Part shown: positions 1 through 14,178 of the stretch, piece by piece
How the letters are laid out: every line of letters begins with the position of its first letter
How positions within the stretch are numbered: position 1 is the first letter of the stretch
Assembly: GCA_029717555.1 (NCBI GenBank)
Contig: JAMDHS010000037.1
Coordinates: 124,001-188,000 of the forward strand
Length of the DNA stretch: 64,000 nt
DNA from: Peribolospora baueri
Taxonomy: Eukaryota
Direction of reading: 5' to 3'
Made by a program: the position numbers and the translations under genes
Notes under the pieces: model-generated
Seen by the model: the letters and a program-made list of their open reading frames with translations, nothing else
The model's database searches: none
Told to the model about the DNA's origin: nothing

Positions 1-3000
1 AGCGAGTTAAACGCACAGAAGCCCGTGTTAGGCGCGCTGACGGGTCCCCAAAAGGTGGCGAGACAGTGCATGTGCTCGGGCGTGTACTTGAGCATCCGGT
101 TTCGCTGTCCGCCGTTGTCCTCGATCGAGTAGATCGGCACCGTCTGGAAGCGCCTCCAACCGAGTGAGAAGATGAGCGGGTCGTTCGTCTTGAGAATCTT
201 TTGGTGCCACCGATGCCGCTTGATCCGCACTTGGAGGTACCCGAACGTCTCTTCACTCGCCAGCAGACCGCCCACGAGGAGCGGGTAGGACGGGTCAAAG
301 TGCTCGATCAACTCATACGGCACGTCATCCAGCTCGATGCGCACATACGAACCCGGTCGGTAGCCTTCAACGGCCAACCGCGTCTGCGGGTCCGCATCGG
401 CAAACTCTTCCCGGTTGAGCGCCGCTTGTCGAGCCATCTCCTCCTTCTTCTCCTCGTAGAACGTCTTCTTCTCTCCGTCCGACGCGTCCGGGTCGTCGTA
501 CTGCTCGTCGAACTTGCGCTTCAATGCTTCCTTCTTCTTCGCCAGCGCCTTTGCTCGCGCCTCCTCGTTTTCCTCGGTAGAGGCGCCGTCGCCGTCGCCG
601 TCGGCCTCGAGATCCTCGAACCCGCCTTCGTCATCATCGTCCCCCTCCTCTCCATCCGACCCAGCCGCTCCCTTCCCATCATCGTCTTCACCTCCGTCGT
701 CGCCGGTGATGAAGAGATGCCGGATCGAGTCGAGCATCCCCTCGTCCTCCCACTTTGCCAGGTCGGCCGCTCGTCTCCTTTGTCGCCGGCCCATGAGCTG
801 GTCCGGCACATCCCTGCTTGCTTCGTCCGCTTCGTCTTCGTCCCGCTCTCCTGCGCCGTTCGTTTCCAATTCGACAGGCTTGAAAAAGTCCTCCTCCTCC
901 TCCTCCTCCTTTCCCCCTTCTTCTCGTCCCTCATTCGCTCGCCCGCCCCTCCCCGTCCGTTTTCCGTTCTCCACCTCACCGCTGACGATCTGCTCCGCAG
1001 GTACGTCGCTTTGGTAGATGAGCCTCATGAGGTCTTGGCGACGCTGGCGCTGGTGAGAGAAGAAGGAGTCGGCTGCGCGCTCGGACAGGTTCTGCTTCCA
1101 CCGCGGCGCGTCCTCGTCCTCGTCCTCCAAATCCTCTTCCGCCAACGATCCCACCTCCTCCGCCGCTTCCTCCTCCTCCTCGGACCCGAAGCCAATCTCC
1201 GAGTCAGTGTCCGCGAATGCGAAGGTCTCCTCCTTGCCGTCATCGGCGTCAGCGTGCGAAGGGAGCGCTCTCGCCCGACTCGGAGGGCGTCCCTCGCCCT
1301 CGTCGTCCTCCCACTCATCGTCGTCCCCTTGTTCGCTGCTCCCCCCTTCTTCATCATTGTCATCGTCGCCCTCCTCGGAAAGGGGCTCCTCGTCTTCAAA
1401 GGCGGCACGCCGCACCCTTCTTGCACCCGAAGTGCTGCCCTCCGCTTCGTCTTCTCCCTCCTCGTCGTCATCGTTCACGCCGCCCACGGTGAGAGGTGCT
1501 GAGGAGGAGCCGAAGAGTCGGAGCGTGGAGGCGCGCACGCGGTCGTCGAGCGTCTCCTGCGCATCTTGCAGGTCCATCACCATTCGCACTCCTTCGTCTG
1601 GAGCAGCTGCATTGCGAGCCAGTCATTATTGAACTTGGTCAGCTCAATGTTACCGGCTCCTCTCAAATCGGACAGCACCCAACTCACCATCGTCGTTGAC
1701 GAGCTCCCCGTCCTCGCCTCTCGCGCGCGTAAAGTGGCCAGGCACATTGATGTACACGGCGTCCTTGTCAAAAATGACACCCCCAACGTCGCTCATGGGC
1801 GCGTGAATGAGCTTCTGCTTGTCGCTAAGCTTCCTCTTTTTCTCGCTGTCCTGAGTCGGCAGAGGGCAGGGGTCGGCAAGAAGCTCGATGCTGGTGATGC
1901 TCATGTCTCCCGAGCCGGGGATGTGTACGCGCTGGGATGGTTTGAGGTTCGTACCGTGCAGATAGCCGTATAAAGTCACCTTCCTGTCGCACTTCGGCAT
2001 CGTCCGAATGAGCTCCCGGGGAGTCAGGTCCTCGATACGGTCGGCCAGTATGTACGGGTGAGCGTTGCGGAAGATGAGCGGGCGGAACTTCATGACAGAG
2101 ATGAATCGGCTAAGGTTCTGGATCTCTTGGTCGGGATAACGACCGTTGATGACGCCGGAGAAATAGAAGAGCTTGGCCCCTTGGTAGATCTCCGTCCAGA
2201 AGCGCTGCTTCAGGCGCTTTTTGGTCGCGCGTAGCACCTTGGGCTTTTTGATCAGATCGAGGTGGGTCAACACGCCGATTACTTTGGGGAAACCATGCGC
2301 TTGGAGAATGTTAAGGAATTCCATAGTTTCCTGAAACGAGTGAAATGGGCGGCATGAATGAGTGTCCGAGGGAAGCAACAGCGAATGGGAGGCAATAGAC
2401 GGCCCCGCAGACAGGTAAACTCACCATCTCAAACCCGAAGCTTCCATCGATCATCAGCAAAACAAGGTCTGCCACCTTCCCGATGTCGATCATGGAGTTC
2501 AGGTCGTTATTGCACTCCACGAAAGTGACCCTCCGTCTCTTGCCTGAAGCGAAAACGAGACCATAGGAACATGCGACATTAGGTCATGTTCGTCTGCGAG
2601 AAATTTGCGGCGAGCCCCGAGCCCGAACTTGCCACGTCCACTCACCGCTCACGACCGTAACAGGCCCCTTGATCTCCCCGAGCGAATGCTTTGTGTACCT
2701 CCGAATCAGACTCCGCATCAATGTCGTCTTCCCCACGCCAGAGGGCCCAACGATGGCGACGATCACAGGCGGCGGTTCGTCGTCAGGCGTGCGGTCCACG
2801 AGCGGGACGTGCAGACGCTGCTGGTCGCGCTCGGCATTGCGGCGGATTTGGCGCTCTGCTGCACGGGAGGAGGCGTTGACGAAGGCCTTGGGGGAGCAGT
2901 GAAAGGAGCATGTGTGAGGTCGGCAGCGACCGGTCGAGTCGCGCAGAGCCTGCTAAAAAAGCGCACCGGGCGACTCACCTTTGGATTATGCGCATTCTCA

Positions 3001-3074
3001 TGCTTCTTCGCCTTTCCTTTTCCCTTGTCCGCCTTGGAGGTAGGCCGGTGGGCCTTGTGCTGTTGCTCGGACAT
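1..3074 (-). CDS. BMS1: Ribosome biogenesis GTPase Bms1 (spliced; 3' end outside window)
   Basis: Exons encode MSEQQHKAHR...HNPKAF, DRTPDDEPPPVIVAIVGPSGVGKTTLMRSL (P-loop), ECNNDLNSMIDIGKVADLVLLMIDGSFGFEM, HGFPKVIGVLTHLD...FWTEIYQGAKLFY, an acidic middle region, and C-terminal RHRWHQKILKTNDPLIFSLGWRRFQ...RMLKYTPEHMHC. ATG at 3074; first intron 2887-2978. Confidence 0.97.
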
Positions 3075-3291
3075 GGCCACACGGCTAACCAGGAGGGAGT
3101 TCGAAAGTCGGTTCGGTCGAGAAGGAAATCGCGAATGCAGAGCACGGCCGAACGCCGCAGCTTTTCGAAAAAACCTCCGCCTATACCCGCAGTTGCCTAC
3201 CGCAGCGCGTCCGGGCGAACTCATGCCGCCGGCCGAAGATAGCACGACGAGCCCACCCTTCCGCACCATTTAGATTCCCAAAAGTCCGGCA
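3075..3291. promoter_or_regulatory. Short bidirectional promoter between BMS1 and the MgtE-like gene
   Basis: Only about 217 bp separate the divergent ATGs (3074 and 3292). Contains a TTTTCGAAAAAA tract. Confidence 0.6.
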
Positions 3292-5815
3292 ATGGCTGTA
3301 CATCGGCACAGCTACGAGCTGGCAGCCGAAGAGACAGCGCATACGGGCAAGGAAAGTGCTCCACGCTCGGCGGGGGAGGACATGGATGTGGGGAGAGACG
3401 AGTACGGAGGCGGAGAAGGGGAGGGAGAGGACGACGCGGAGACACGGTTACTTCCTTCGGCTTCGAAGAGTCGGACATCTTTGCCGCAAGTGGGAGAGGG
3501 AAGCACAGGCGGCCAAGGGCGCATGTCGGGAGAGGGCGAAGGCGACGGCGCACTTCCGATACCAAGAAGGAAGAGGAAAGGAAGGCGACGAAGGAGGGCG
3601 GAGGACGGGATGGCTGATGGACCAAAAGTACGGGCCACCATCTTAGAGATCGGGAGGGAGGTGAGTGAGATGTATTTGCCGAGAGGCCGTGAATACACAC
3701 TTGAACTTATCCAAGTTGTTGGTTGGTACGACTCGTCTGGCACGCTGCTGTTAGGCGCTACCCACCCTTCTCGTCAGCGTGGTGTCGCTCATCTTCGCAG
3801 GCGAGCTCCTGGCAGTCCTCGGAGTGAGTTCGGTTCCTTATAACACCCGGCTTTGTTCATGATCACCTCACCGTTTATCCTACTCTTCCCAGGACTTTAC
3901 GGTTTTCATTCGCGTCGAAAAGCTCTTCATCCTCGTTCCCATTCTCCTAAACCTGAAAGGCAATCTGGAGATGAATCTCGCACTGCGCTTCTCTACCTCT
4001 GCCAACATTGGCGAGCTAGACTTGCGCTCCACGCGACGCACCCTCGTCAAGGGGAACCTCGCGCTGCTTCAAGTGCAGGCGCTCATTGTAAGCGGGTTGG
4101 CGGGCGTGCTCGCCTTTCTGCTCGGGCTCGCCAACGAGGATAAGGCGTCAATGAAGGGAGGCGGGGAGGGCGACGGGGCACGAGTACGCACGTTGATGAC
4201 AGCCTTGGTTTCGAATGGTCTTCGGCGTCGATATCGAGTACAACCTTCAAGATCACGGCCACCGTTTGTCAAGCGTCTTCCTTCCCTGCCTTCGACCGCT
4301 TCCTTGCGCAACGGATACTTCGAGTTCGTCCTCGTCATCGCAACCGGCATGCTCAGCGCCAGTCTGAGCAGCGCCATAATGGGGAGCTTTATGTGCGCCG
4401 TGGTCATTGCGACGAGGAGATTCGGAGGCAATCCCGGTAAGGTGTTCTGATCAACCGAGTTGCGAACTCTCAGTCTACCCAATATACAACCTTGACCGAC
4501 CGTGATCGGATGGACCATCCTTTTCTCTCTTCTTTGCAGACAATATCGCCTCACCTCTTGCATCATCCCTGGGCGACATCCTGACGCTCACAATCTTTGG
4601 TCTTCTGGGCTCGTTCTTTATTCGCTTTGAGGGTGCGATGAACTTCCGTCAGCTTTCCTTGCCAGTCCGCCCCAGCTTGGTCGCTGACGTTCTCTGGTGT
4701 TCTGTTTCCCGTCGGATGGCGGTCCGTTTCACGCGTCGCATCCAACTGTAGGGACTATCCTTGCCACGGTCGTCTTCGTCCTCCTCCTCGTCTCATGCAC
4801 AACTTTCGTCGTGATGGTCTGGCGGAACGCCTACGTGAAGGAGCTCTTGTTTTCCGGATGGGTGCCGCTCGTGGTGGCGATGCTCGTGAGCAGGTGAGGA
4901 ATCAATCGGTATATCGCTTTACCGAACTGGTCAGGTGAACTCGTTCTCAACGCCTCTGTCTTGCCTTCATTTCCTGGGCCCCGTTGCCACTCTGCTTTCA
5001 GCGGCGCGGGCTTGGTGTTGGAAAGCTTCGTAGACCAATACGAAGGTTTCGCCCTCCTCGCCCCCGTCTTAACCGGTCTTCCAGGAGCCTGTGCTGCCGT
5101 ATTTGCGAGCCGTATCTCCACGTCTTTGCACTGTTCCTCTTCCTCTGTTGTCGCCCCTTCGTATGGGCCTTCTGCGGCTGCCCCCGGTGTTGGAAGCCTG
5201 AGAGGGAAGAACTGGCTCGCTCGTCGGTGGGAGGTCTTGCGTGCTCAAGCGGCGGAAACGATGGGCTTCGGTGGAGGAAGAAGAAGCAAGAAAATGTCAT
5301 GGGCCGAGCTCGTTGCGCCGTTGACGCTTCTCCTCATCGGCATCCTCATCCAAGCGGGCTTCCTCGCTTTCGTAGGGCTCTCGGGACAGCTCGACTTTGG
5401 ATGGATGTTCACCGTGGCATGGTTGGGCGTCAGCACTTTGGCGGTGAGTGGATGTGCCGGGCGATATGCTGAGTGTGCGGTGCGGTGTGGCGCTGAATGG
5501 CTGCATTCGGAATCCGACGAACAGGTGGCCTCCGCGCTCTTTCTCGCCCATTTCATCTCTCACATGCTCTGGGTGAACAACTACGACCCAGGTGCGTTGG
5601 GCCGCTCGTTTGCGCTATTCAAAGCGCCCCGCCGCTGACCTGCGCGAGCGCATCCCGTTCTCCTATACGCTACAGATCTGTACGCAATGCCGTACGTGTC
5701 GTCGACCATCGACGTCCTGGGACAGCTGCTCCTCGCGCTCGCGTTTTCCGCGTGTCGCGCCTTAGGAAGCAAGGTCGGGCTGCCTGCCTCCGAGTTGTCC
5801 GAGCATAGTTTGTAG
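3292..5815 (+). CDS. MgtE/SLC41-family divalent cation transporter (spliced)
   Basis: Motifs ILLNLKGNLEMNLALRFSTSANIGELD, GNLALLQVQA, NPDNIASPLASSLGDILTL and NYDPDLYAMPYVSSTIDVLGQ assemble across GT-AG introns. Many hydrophobic segments. Stop TAG 5813-5815. Confidence 0.88.
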
Positions 5816-6859
5816 CCTCCTGACTAGATGGGATCTCGTCTCGCTCTGATCTTGCTGTTCGTCTGGTCGACGGCAGATCATGGATCGGAGATGGCGTTCT
5901 CAGTGCCTTTTGCCTCCACATACTTCACTTTCGGACACTGGCGTCCTCTTCTGTTTGTCATCGACACCGCATTCGGGCGCTGAAATGGACTCGTCTCCGA
6001 TCATTTTGTGCTGGAGTGCCTGGACTACGACAGGCCATGGTGGCGGTGAACGTGAAGGAGCTGCCGAACGTTCAGCTGATGCAACCTGTGAGAAATCGCA
6101 GGGGGTCGCCGGGGCTGCGGCAAATGCGATAGACCAGGACCGACTAGGCTTCAAATGGACAAGGTGGTAACCGAGCATATTGGCCGACTGTGAGCTGGTA
6201 GATGGTGGTGTCTACATGGTGTACCTCCTCACAGGGAGTACAGACAGTGGGGTTCCCATCCTCTATATATACGTTTCTCGAGAGGAATAGGCGCTCGGAG
6301 CGTACACAAAGGGGTACGCCGAGAACAATAGAAGTGATCGACGGCCTAGGAAATAGACGGTCGTAAACGGGGTCGCGACGCGGTGATCACACCCCCCTAC
6401 CCTGACGACACAACCCCAGAGTCACGTGCCGCCTCGACCACCGATCTTCGTTCCATGTCTCGGCGCTAGTTCGCGACTCGCATCCAGCTCGTGAGCGGCG
6501 ACGGGTTCGGCTCGCTGGCTGTCGCAACCCAGGTCGAGCGTCCAGTGCGGCAGCGCTCCTTTTCTCTGCTCGGAGCTCCCGGCTCTGCTGCTTCGCTGCT
6601 GCTCTGCTCTGCTCTCTCCCCCTCTCTCGTCTCTCGTCCACGAAGCAGCTCGCTTTCGTAGCTCCGCAAGGGTGGTCAGTCGTTCGTGCTGAGGGGCCGG
6701 AGCGTGGGTGGGGCCAGAGACCGTCAGGCCGTTACTTGTCGTCCGTCTTAGCGTCCTCCACTGCACTTTGCCGTCAACCGGATTAGCTTTTCCTTTTGGC
6801 TCTGCTCTCCCTTTCTCCATTCGTCCTTTCCCTTTGCTCCCCTTCCCGCACGACCGGCC

Positions 6860-7464
6860 ATGGCGGACCTAACCGACCGTAACTACGACCCTACCTTTAA
6901 TGGCCTCGTCACGACCTCCTCCATCACCTTGGTCATTGGTGGCGTGTGTCTCGTCGGGTTTGAGACTCTCCGTCAGCTGCGGCGGTTGCCCCAGCTTGGC
7001 TTTGTTTTCTGGCCACCTTGGTGGTGGGGGCGGCGACTCGTCGGCGGACATGGGGAAGAAGAGAAAGACGACGCGCGAGGAGAAGAAGTTAGGAGGAGGA
7101 AGAAGCCGAGGAAGAAGATGACGGCGGAGGATTGGGAGATGGGACATCTTTATCAAGCTCGTGTGTATAACGCCAGGTGGGTCTCGCTTCGTTCTCGTTC
7201 GTCTGGATACGGAATTGAGCGATGCTGCGCGTCTCCTTCGGCTCTCTCACCCGATTTTTCTCTCTCTCCCTCGTGCCCACCGTTCTGTTTACTTCCCTCT
7301 CGACCCGATGCTCACCTCACTCACGCGTAGGAACCCGGCTCCCCCATTACCCAAATGGCCGCTCTTGTGGATATGGCAATCATTTTGGTTCACCGAGGAC
7401 TTTTATGCTCGGACTTCTGGTCTCGATGCCACCGTGTATGTGCGCTTTTTGAGGGGATGCAGTA

Positions 7465-7515
<51 letters not shown>

Positions 7516-10500
7516 CTCCTTCTAGCGTGCAGATCCGGTTTCTAGTCATTTCATTTTAGTCTGACCTGGCATAAATCTTTCCTTGCTCCGTTCACTTTCT
7601 TTGTTACTCTCGCCAGCCTGGTGGGTCCTTCTCCAAATGTGCACCCTCGCCCCCGTCCTCTTAAGCATCCATCTTTCCTATTCGACCGAGCCCGACAAGC
7701 TCGACATGACGCGCGCTTCTCTCTCCTCCATTGTCGAAAGCCCCAAAGGTCAATCCCTCCTTTGGGTCCACCTCGTCCTCCTCTGGTGGCTAAGCCTAAC
7801 TTGGTGGGCGACGCTGGCCTGGATTGGCCGAGGCGCGCTCAGGCATCGCAAGGCGCAGGTACAAAGGATCTGGGAGCAGAGACAGAAGGAGAGGGACGAT
7901 GCGGTCGCTAGGGGAGAGGGGGAGGCATGGAGAATGGCCGACGGGAGGGGATGGAGGGCTAGAACTCTCATGGTTTCGTGAGCTTACGAGCTTTGTTCTT
8001 CCATGTTATAGAGGCATTGGCGGCTAACGGCCTCGGTCTGCTCTCTTTCCCTTCTTTCTCATCCAGCAACCTCCCTGCTAACCTTCGCGACGAAGGCGCT
8101 CTGCGAAAGTACTTCGAAGACTTGCTCAATCCGGATAACGACACGCTCTCCGTCTCGGATCGCGGGGCAGGTAGCAGTGGACAACCCCAGGCCGTCGCGC
8201 CCCCCATACAGGCCTATCATCCGACCGGTACCGATGAGAAGGGCGGCGTTCATACGCGGAAGGATGGGGTCATTGACAAGCTTATGACCCCGCCGTCGCC
8301 GGTCAATCACAGCGTCGTCAGCGAGAGCTGCCAGCTCACCCGTTCTCCCAGCGAGGGACGGTGTCTATCCGAAGCCGGACAAGATGGTGGAGATCGCGAC
8401 GCGAACAGCGCTCGCCCCGTCCCTGACCTCGGTCCTCTGTCCTGTGAGGCCACTTGGGCCGTAGAAGCCACCGCAAAGGATCGTAAGTTTGGTGACACGA
8501 TCCCGGGTCCCGCTCCCGCGCACATCCCCCAAGGCCCCGCACCGGACACAGACGTGCACCGGTACGACCTCAGCCCGGTGCAGACCGTCGTGCTGGTGCG
8601 AAAGATGGGCGAGCTCAGGACGTTGCTGGCTCGTAGACAGGATGTGTTGGGACAGTTGGAAGCGGCGCACATCAAGCTGGCTCAGAACGTAATGGACGCT
8701 GTTGAGAAGAGGGTGGCGGCCAAGAAGAGGAAGGGTTCGCGGGGCGTTGGCGAAGGGATGGGGCGAGGATGGTTGGGTTGGATGAGCAGGGTGAAGGAAG
8801 AAGGCGAGAGCGGGGTGACGACTCCGCGGGAGAGGGAAACAGAGCCTGCGCACGAGCCCGGAGCCGGTGGTGACGGCGCAGCGAAGAGAGGGGAGGGAGA
8901 GGACGTGGAAAAGGCCGCTCAAGCCAAGGCGGACGCCGCCGTCGCCAAGGCCAACCTGGATGACCTGGTCGAACAGCTGGGCCGCTTCGCTCCTTCTGGG
9001 GACTCGGCATCGCGCAAGAGCAATGATGCCGTCGCTGGAGACGTCGATCACGCTGACGTGCTTCCCGAGACAGTGTGGGAGGCCCTGGCAGCCGCCCCTC
9101 GTCACTTGCTTGACCGGTATCAACCTCTGACGCGGCTGAGCGCGCTTTTCCGAGGCCAAAACGTGCCCACGATCGACTACCTTCTCGCAAAGCTCAATCT
9201 GCTGACGGCGCTCGTGACGGACCTACGAAGCAAATCTCCGTCCGATTACGAGGCCACTTCGACCGCCTTTGTCACCTTCCGAGATCCCAGACAAGCCAGG
9301 ATGGTGTGGAGGGAGCTCAAGACACAGATCGTAATCAAGGTTCGCCTGGCGCCCGAAGTGAAGGATCTCGACTGGGAGAACCTCATGAGGACGAGCTTCA
9401 CGGGAGACGTCGTCAGAGGGAGCTTTGTCCACGCCTTCTTTTGGGGATTCACCATTTTCTGGGGTGAGTCGTGCGTTCTCTGTCCCGCCGTGTAAATCCC
9501 ATGCTGATTTCTCTCCCTCCAACCCGTCCTTGTTTCAGTCATCCCCATCCAGGCGCTCACGACGACTCTCGTCTCACTGCAGAACCTGCAAGCCGTCATT
9601 CCCCCCCTGCGAAGCTACTTCCAGAAACATCCCAGCCAGGAATCGTTCTTCTCCCTCACCCTGCCCACCTTGCTAGTTGCGCTAATAACCATGTCTGTGC
9701 CCGAGATCGTGTTCCAGATCTCCAAACGGTTCCAGTCTTTTGTGAGTACACATCCGCTCGCTTGCGTCGTGAAGTCGCCCTGCGCTCGGTGGCTCAGCAT
9801 AGAGCCCGCACCCGATCCTTCCTCCTCGGCAGGTCACCTTCTCCAAGCTTTACGACCAATGTCTCTGCAGGTATTGGAAGTTCCTCATTTGCAACGTCGT
9901 CATCTTCTTCTGCATCGGCGTCACCACCTTCGAGTCCATCATCAATGGTCTCACTTCTGGAAAAGTCGATCTCCTTAAGATCGTGGCCTTTGCGTTCCCT
10001 AAGGGGGCTCCTTTCTTTGTTTCGTGAGTTTGTCTCTGCTTCAGGCCTCGTGCATTTTGGTATTGGTCGGACTGTGGCTTGTTCGTTCTTCATCGACGGT
10101 GTGGTCTTGAGAACCCGTCGGAACACTATATCAACTCATGACTGAGTTGGTGCTTACTCGAATTTCTTTCTTGAGCAGTTGGCTCATCCTCGGCATATCC
10201 ATGCAGTCTGGCTTTGAACTGTTCGGTTTCATGGTACCCCTCATCCAACACCTCGGAGCACGTAGTGCCGTTACGCCGCGGTGAGTGGTGCCATGACATT
10301 CATGGCTGAGCCGTCTTCCACTAACCCGACCGATACCTGTCCTCGCCCACCTGATTTTTATTTGCCCGCCATGATATTGGCCGCTGCCGCTCTCCTAGGG
10401 CTCGCGCGATCAAGACCCAGCCGAGGAACTTCAATCGGTTAGTATAAGGCGGAATGTCGGCACGCGGAGTGAGGCGCTCTGTTTACGGACTTTTGCACGT

Positions 10501-13121
10501 CTCTACTTTCAGGTTCTACTGGCTGCCTTTCCACCTGCTGGTTTTGTCGATCGTCTTCATCTTCGCCATTCTCAACCCGCTCGTCGTGCCATTTGCGTTC
10601 GCGGTGAGCCTCTCCCACTGTTTCACGCTGTGTTTCACCGCGCGGTTTCCGTCCAGATTGCATGCTCGGCACTGACTGCCTACGTGCTCTTTAACCGCAT
10701 CGTCTTCGTTCATAGTACCTTTGCGTCGCGCTGATAGTCTTCAAGAAGCAATTCGCCCAGTACTACTACCGACGCTTCAACGAGAAGGACGGAGTAGTTT
10801 ACTACACTCGCTTGCTCCGCTACTCCCTCGACTCCCTCGTCTTGTCTCAGGTTGTGATGCTTGCGTTCTTCGCTGTGGAGAAATTGCCGTCGGTTTACAT
10901 CGGCATGAGTGCCGTTTTGATACCGTTGACCGTCTTCTTCAAAATGGCCGCGACGCGCCTGTGGAAGAGCCAGTGTCGTGCCCTCGAGGACGACGAGGCG
11001 AACGCTCAGTGCGGCATCGACCCAACGCTGGCGAGGCACCGGGATGGCCAAGGCGAAGAGGACGCGTCGAATTGTCGGGCCCCGGTGGATGCCAGGGCCA
11101 ATGGGAGGTACCCGTCGGTGCCTCAGTACTCCTCCTCCACCAAGTTCGGGCGAGACTGGCAGCGCATGATCGACAGCTTCTACGCCAACGGGAACGATCG
11201 GTTCACTCAACTTCCAGTGCGGACCGACAGACAAGGAAGCTCGCGCTTCAAGAGCATCAGACGAGGCGCGAGGGTGGCGGCATATCCTGCGACCGCTGCT
11301 ACGCAAGCGGTGACGCGGCGGGCGGCTCCCTTCCACCTGGCCGCAAAGCAACAATTGGGAAATCTGATGGAGCGCGACAAGCCGGATAAAGACCCCCGAG
11401 AGCACTCCAAGACGCGCGGCTCGGATGAACGTCCTTTTCTTGACGGTGTTGACGCCGCGCTCGGCCACGCGGCCGCTGGGGCGGAGCCCACGGCGTCAAA
11501 CTATCCCTCGAAAACAGGTGAAAAGCCGGTGCCAAGGGCGACGTCTTTAGCGACATCGCGCTCGCTCAAGGTCCGTCCCACCTCGCCCCGCCTGTCCGCT
11601 CTGGCTGCGAGCGATGCTTTCTCCGAGGACGTACAAGCTTGTCGGCCGCTCGTCTGCACTCACCCCAAACTTAGATGGGATGACACGCCGGATGCAGACG
11701 CGCGCTACGACAACCCCTTCTATCGGGATACCTTGGACCCTTACCTTTGGTTGCCACGCGATCCGCTCAAGCCGCTCGACCTGTGCGACACGATCGAGTG
11801 GCATGGCCCTGCCTTTGTCAGCAGCGAGGGCGGCGGTGGGGTGATGGGCGAGTGGGAGGAGGAGGGAGAGACTCAGACGGACGAGGGAGAGGACGTGGTG
11901 CCGATCGACGGGCGGCAGCACGTTAGCGTCCGCTACGGCCCGCTCGCTCTGCGCTTGGAGGAGATGGACGAAGAGGAGAAGGAACAGCGTCGTTTTCATT
12001 GGTCTCATCATCGCCACCATGACGTTTCTATCCCACGGAATGTCATGGCCGACTGGCGCAGCATAGTCCATCGGTCTCCCTCCAGCCGCGCGTCGCAAGG
12101 AGTGAGCCAGTTCGGCGCTGCCGACGATCAACAGCACCGACGTTTCGCTTCTGGACCTACATCGACAAAGTCGGACTATTTCCAACCTCACGTTCCCTCG
12201 GCTTTGGCTTTGCAGGCTCCTTGTAAGGAGAATGCTCCCTCTTCCGCCCCACCGGCAGGGGCCGATGAGCTGATGCTCACTGACTCTCCCAGGTCGAGCC
12301 GACTGGAGGCTTTACCGACCGTGCAGACCCTTTCGGCTGAAGCAGCTGACAAGCCGGGAGCGAATTATTCAGTCTTTTCGCGCCATATGCTTTCGCCACC
12401 TAGCGGCATCCATTCGCCGATTGCGAGGCCGTCGTCTCATCCAGGCCGAGGCGGGGCGTCGACCGACCACGCTTCGCACTCTGTCTCTCCCTCCGAGCAC
12501 CGACATAGGCGAGGAAGTGCCAACATTAGCGTCGGGAGTCACGCGGGTACTTGCAGCCTTCACGACGCTTTGCGTGCGGAAGTGTTGGAAGAGGAGAGGC
12601 AGCTATCTAAGAAGGAATGGGACGTGAAGAAGAAGGACGACGTCGACGGGCACCATGCCGACGAGCCTCGGCCGTCGCTGAGGGATCGAAGGGGGAGTAG
12701 CTACAGCGCCAGCTTGGAGCGCCAGCTCGGCAGACGGCCTGGCGCTCACCGGGGAGACAGTGGTGGGAGCGGCGTGGGTACTGTGGGGACGAGGGAGCGG
12801 CCGTCGTCGATTTTGACACGAGCACGCGTAGGCAGCGCAAGCGGCAGCACGAACGCAGGCGCTGGTGCTGGCAGTCCTGGTAGTCCGGGACAGGATCTGC
12901 ACGAGCTGCGGCCGTCCCGTCCGATGGCTGGAAAGGAGATGGAGAAGGTGGAGGTTACTAAGAGGCGAGCGGACGCCGGTGCAAACCTCGAGGACACTAG
13001 CATGCGGGCGCAGTCTGTTCGCCCCAGCCGCGAACGTGAGACGCGGACGAGGCTCAGCACCATATTCCCTCGCATTAAAGGCGGCACCGCGTCGTCGTCG
13101 TCTGCTCCTCGTGCTCCATGA
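6860..13121 (+). CDS. OSCA/TMEM63 (CSC1/RSN1, DUF221) calcium-permeable stress-gated channel (spliced)
   Basis: N-terminal TM followed by FETLRQ; SGLDATVYVRFLRG; LWVHLVLLWW; ARTLMVSNLPANLRDEGALRKYF; AFVTFRDPRQA...LAPEVKDLDWENL; multi-TM C-terminal half (ILNPLVVPFA, FKKQF..YY); long low-complexity tail ending at 13121. Confidence 0.92.
7467..7515 (+). repeat. Poly-T run (49 nt) directly after an intron donor (GTAAG at 7462)
   Basis: Directly visible homopolymer. Confidence 0.95.
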
Positions 13122-14178
13122 TTCATTTATACACGTTCATATACCCAGCCCTCGTCCCTGCGTCGAGAGGCCATTCTAATATCATTTTCCATCTTCGGCG
13201 TCATACACGTAATATTTTCTTCTTTTCAGATGCCTGCCCAGGTATTCTAGGGGTTCGGCGTGGAATAGTATTATTGCCGTGGGTTTGGAAGACGACAAGG
13301 TCGGACCGCCGGGACTAGGCCGACGCGATACGCTCACTCACCTATCGAGAAGAATTTGTGCGCACGATTTTCATGTCCAGAGGCAGTGGACTTGTTTCTT
13401 CTCATTCACCCGGCGCGAGACACAGCGTTCTCCGCTTTGGCATTGAACCTCTAAGTCGCAGCACCGGTTGTCGCACACATGCTTTCTCAAACGAAGACAC
13501 AATTGGTTCTCACACGCACCTTTCGCTCTCGTCCTCACTCGATCATGAGGCAGGCCAGGTGTTGTGCTTGCACGTCCGGCTCCTCTCTCTCTTTTACCTT
13601 GGAAGTCGGCCAACGTATGAAGCGGTGGTCTAGGATCGAGCGATTTTTGACCAATACGTTTCGTGAATATGCAAGAAAAACCAATCCCATGCATCACGCC
13701 CGCCGCAACTGAATCGGTGCACTCGGTCGACTACTTCGAAGTGGTGTGGACAATTCGTTTAGCTCCATCTGTCCGTGGTCGGCTAAATGGTAATACGAAA
13801 GATGAAAAGTGAGTAGACTAGCCAGGACATGGTCCGATGGCAGCGAGACTACCGCGTCGCCGCCGATTAGATAATCTAGCTATATTTCCTTCGAGCGCCT
13901 AAGTCCGATTGCCGCAGCGGTCGCTCGATCGCGTCGCGCTCCCGACGTGCAAAGTGACGCGTCTCAGGGTCGGCCCTCACCCACTTTTCCCGTCCTCCGT
14001 CAGCCTGTCTCCATCGCACGATATCGCCCGGTCTTGCTCCGTTCCCATATCCCTCGTCAGGTCCTCTCCTAGTTTTCTTTGTCCAGGCAAGCACTATTCA
14101 GTGTGCCTTTCATCCATCTCCTTTTCGTCGCCGCGCAACCATCCGGCTGCCCTTCCCGACTCTCCTTTTCCCATTTCC

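Noticed and set aside
201..1502. 433-aa plus-strand ORF
   Set aside because: It is the antisense shadow of the acidic BMS1 exon. GC-rich coding DNA often leaves the opposite strand open.
13957..13962. ACGCGT (MCB-like) upstream of POL3
   Set aside because: Biologically plausible, but it is a single 6-mer that is common in this CG-rich DNA. Not enough support.
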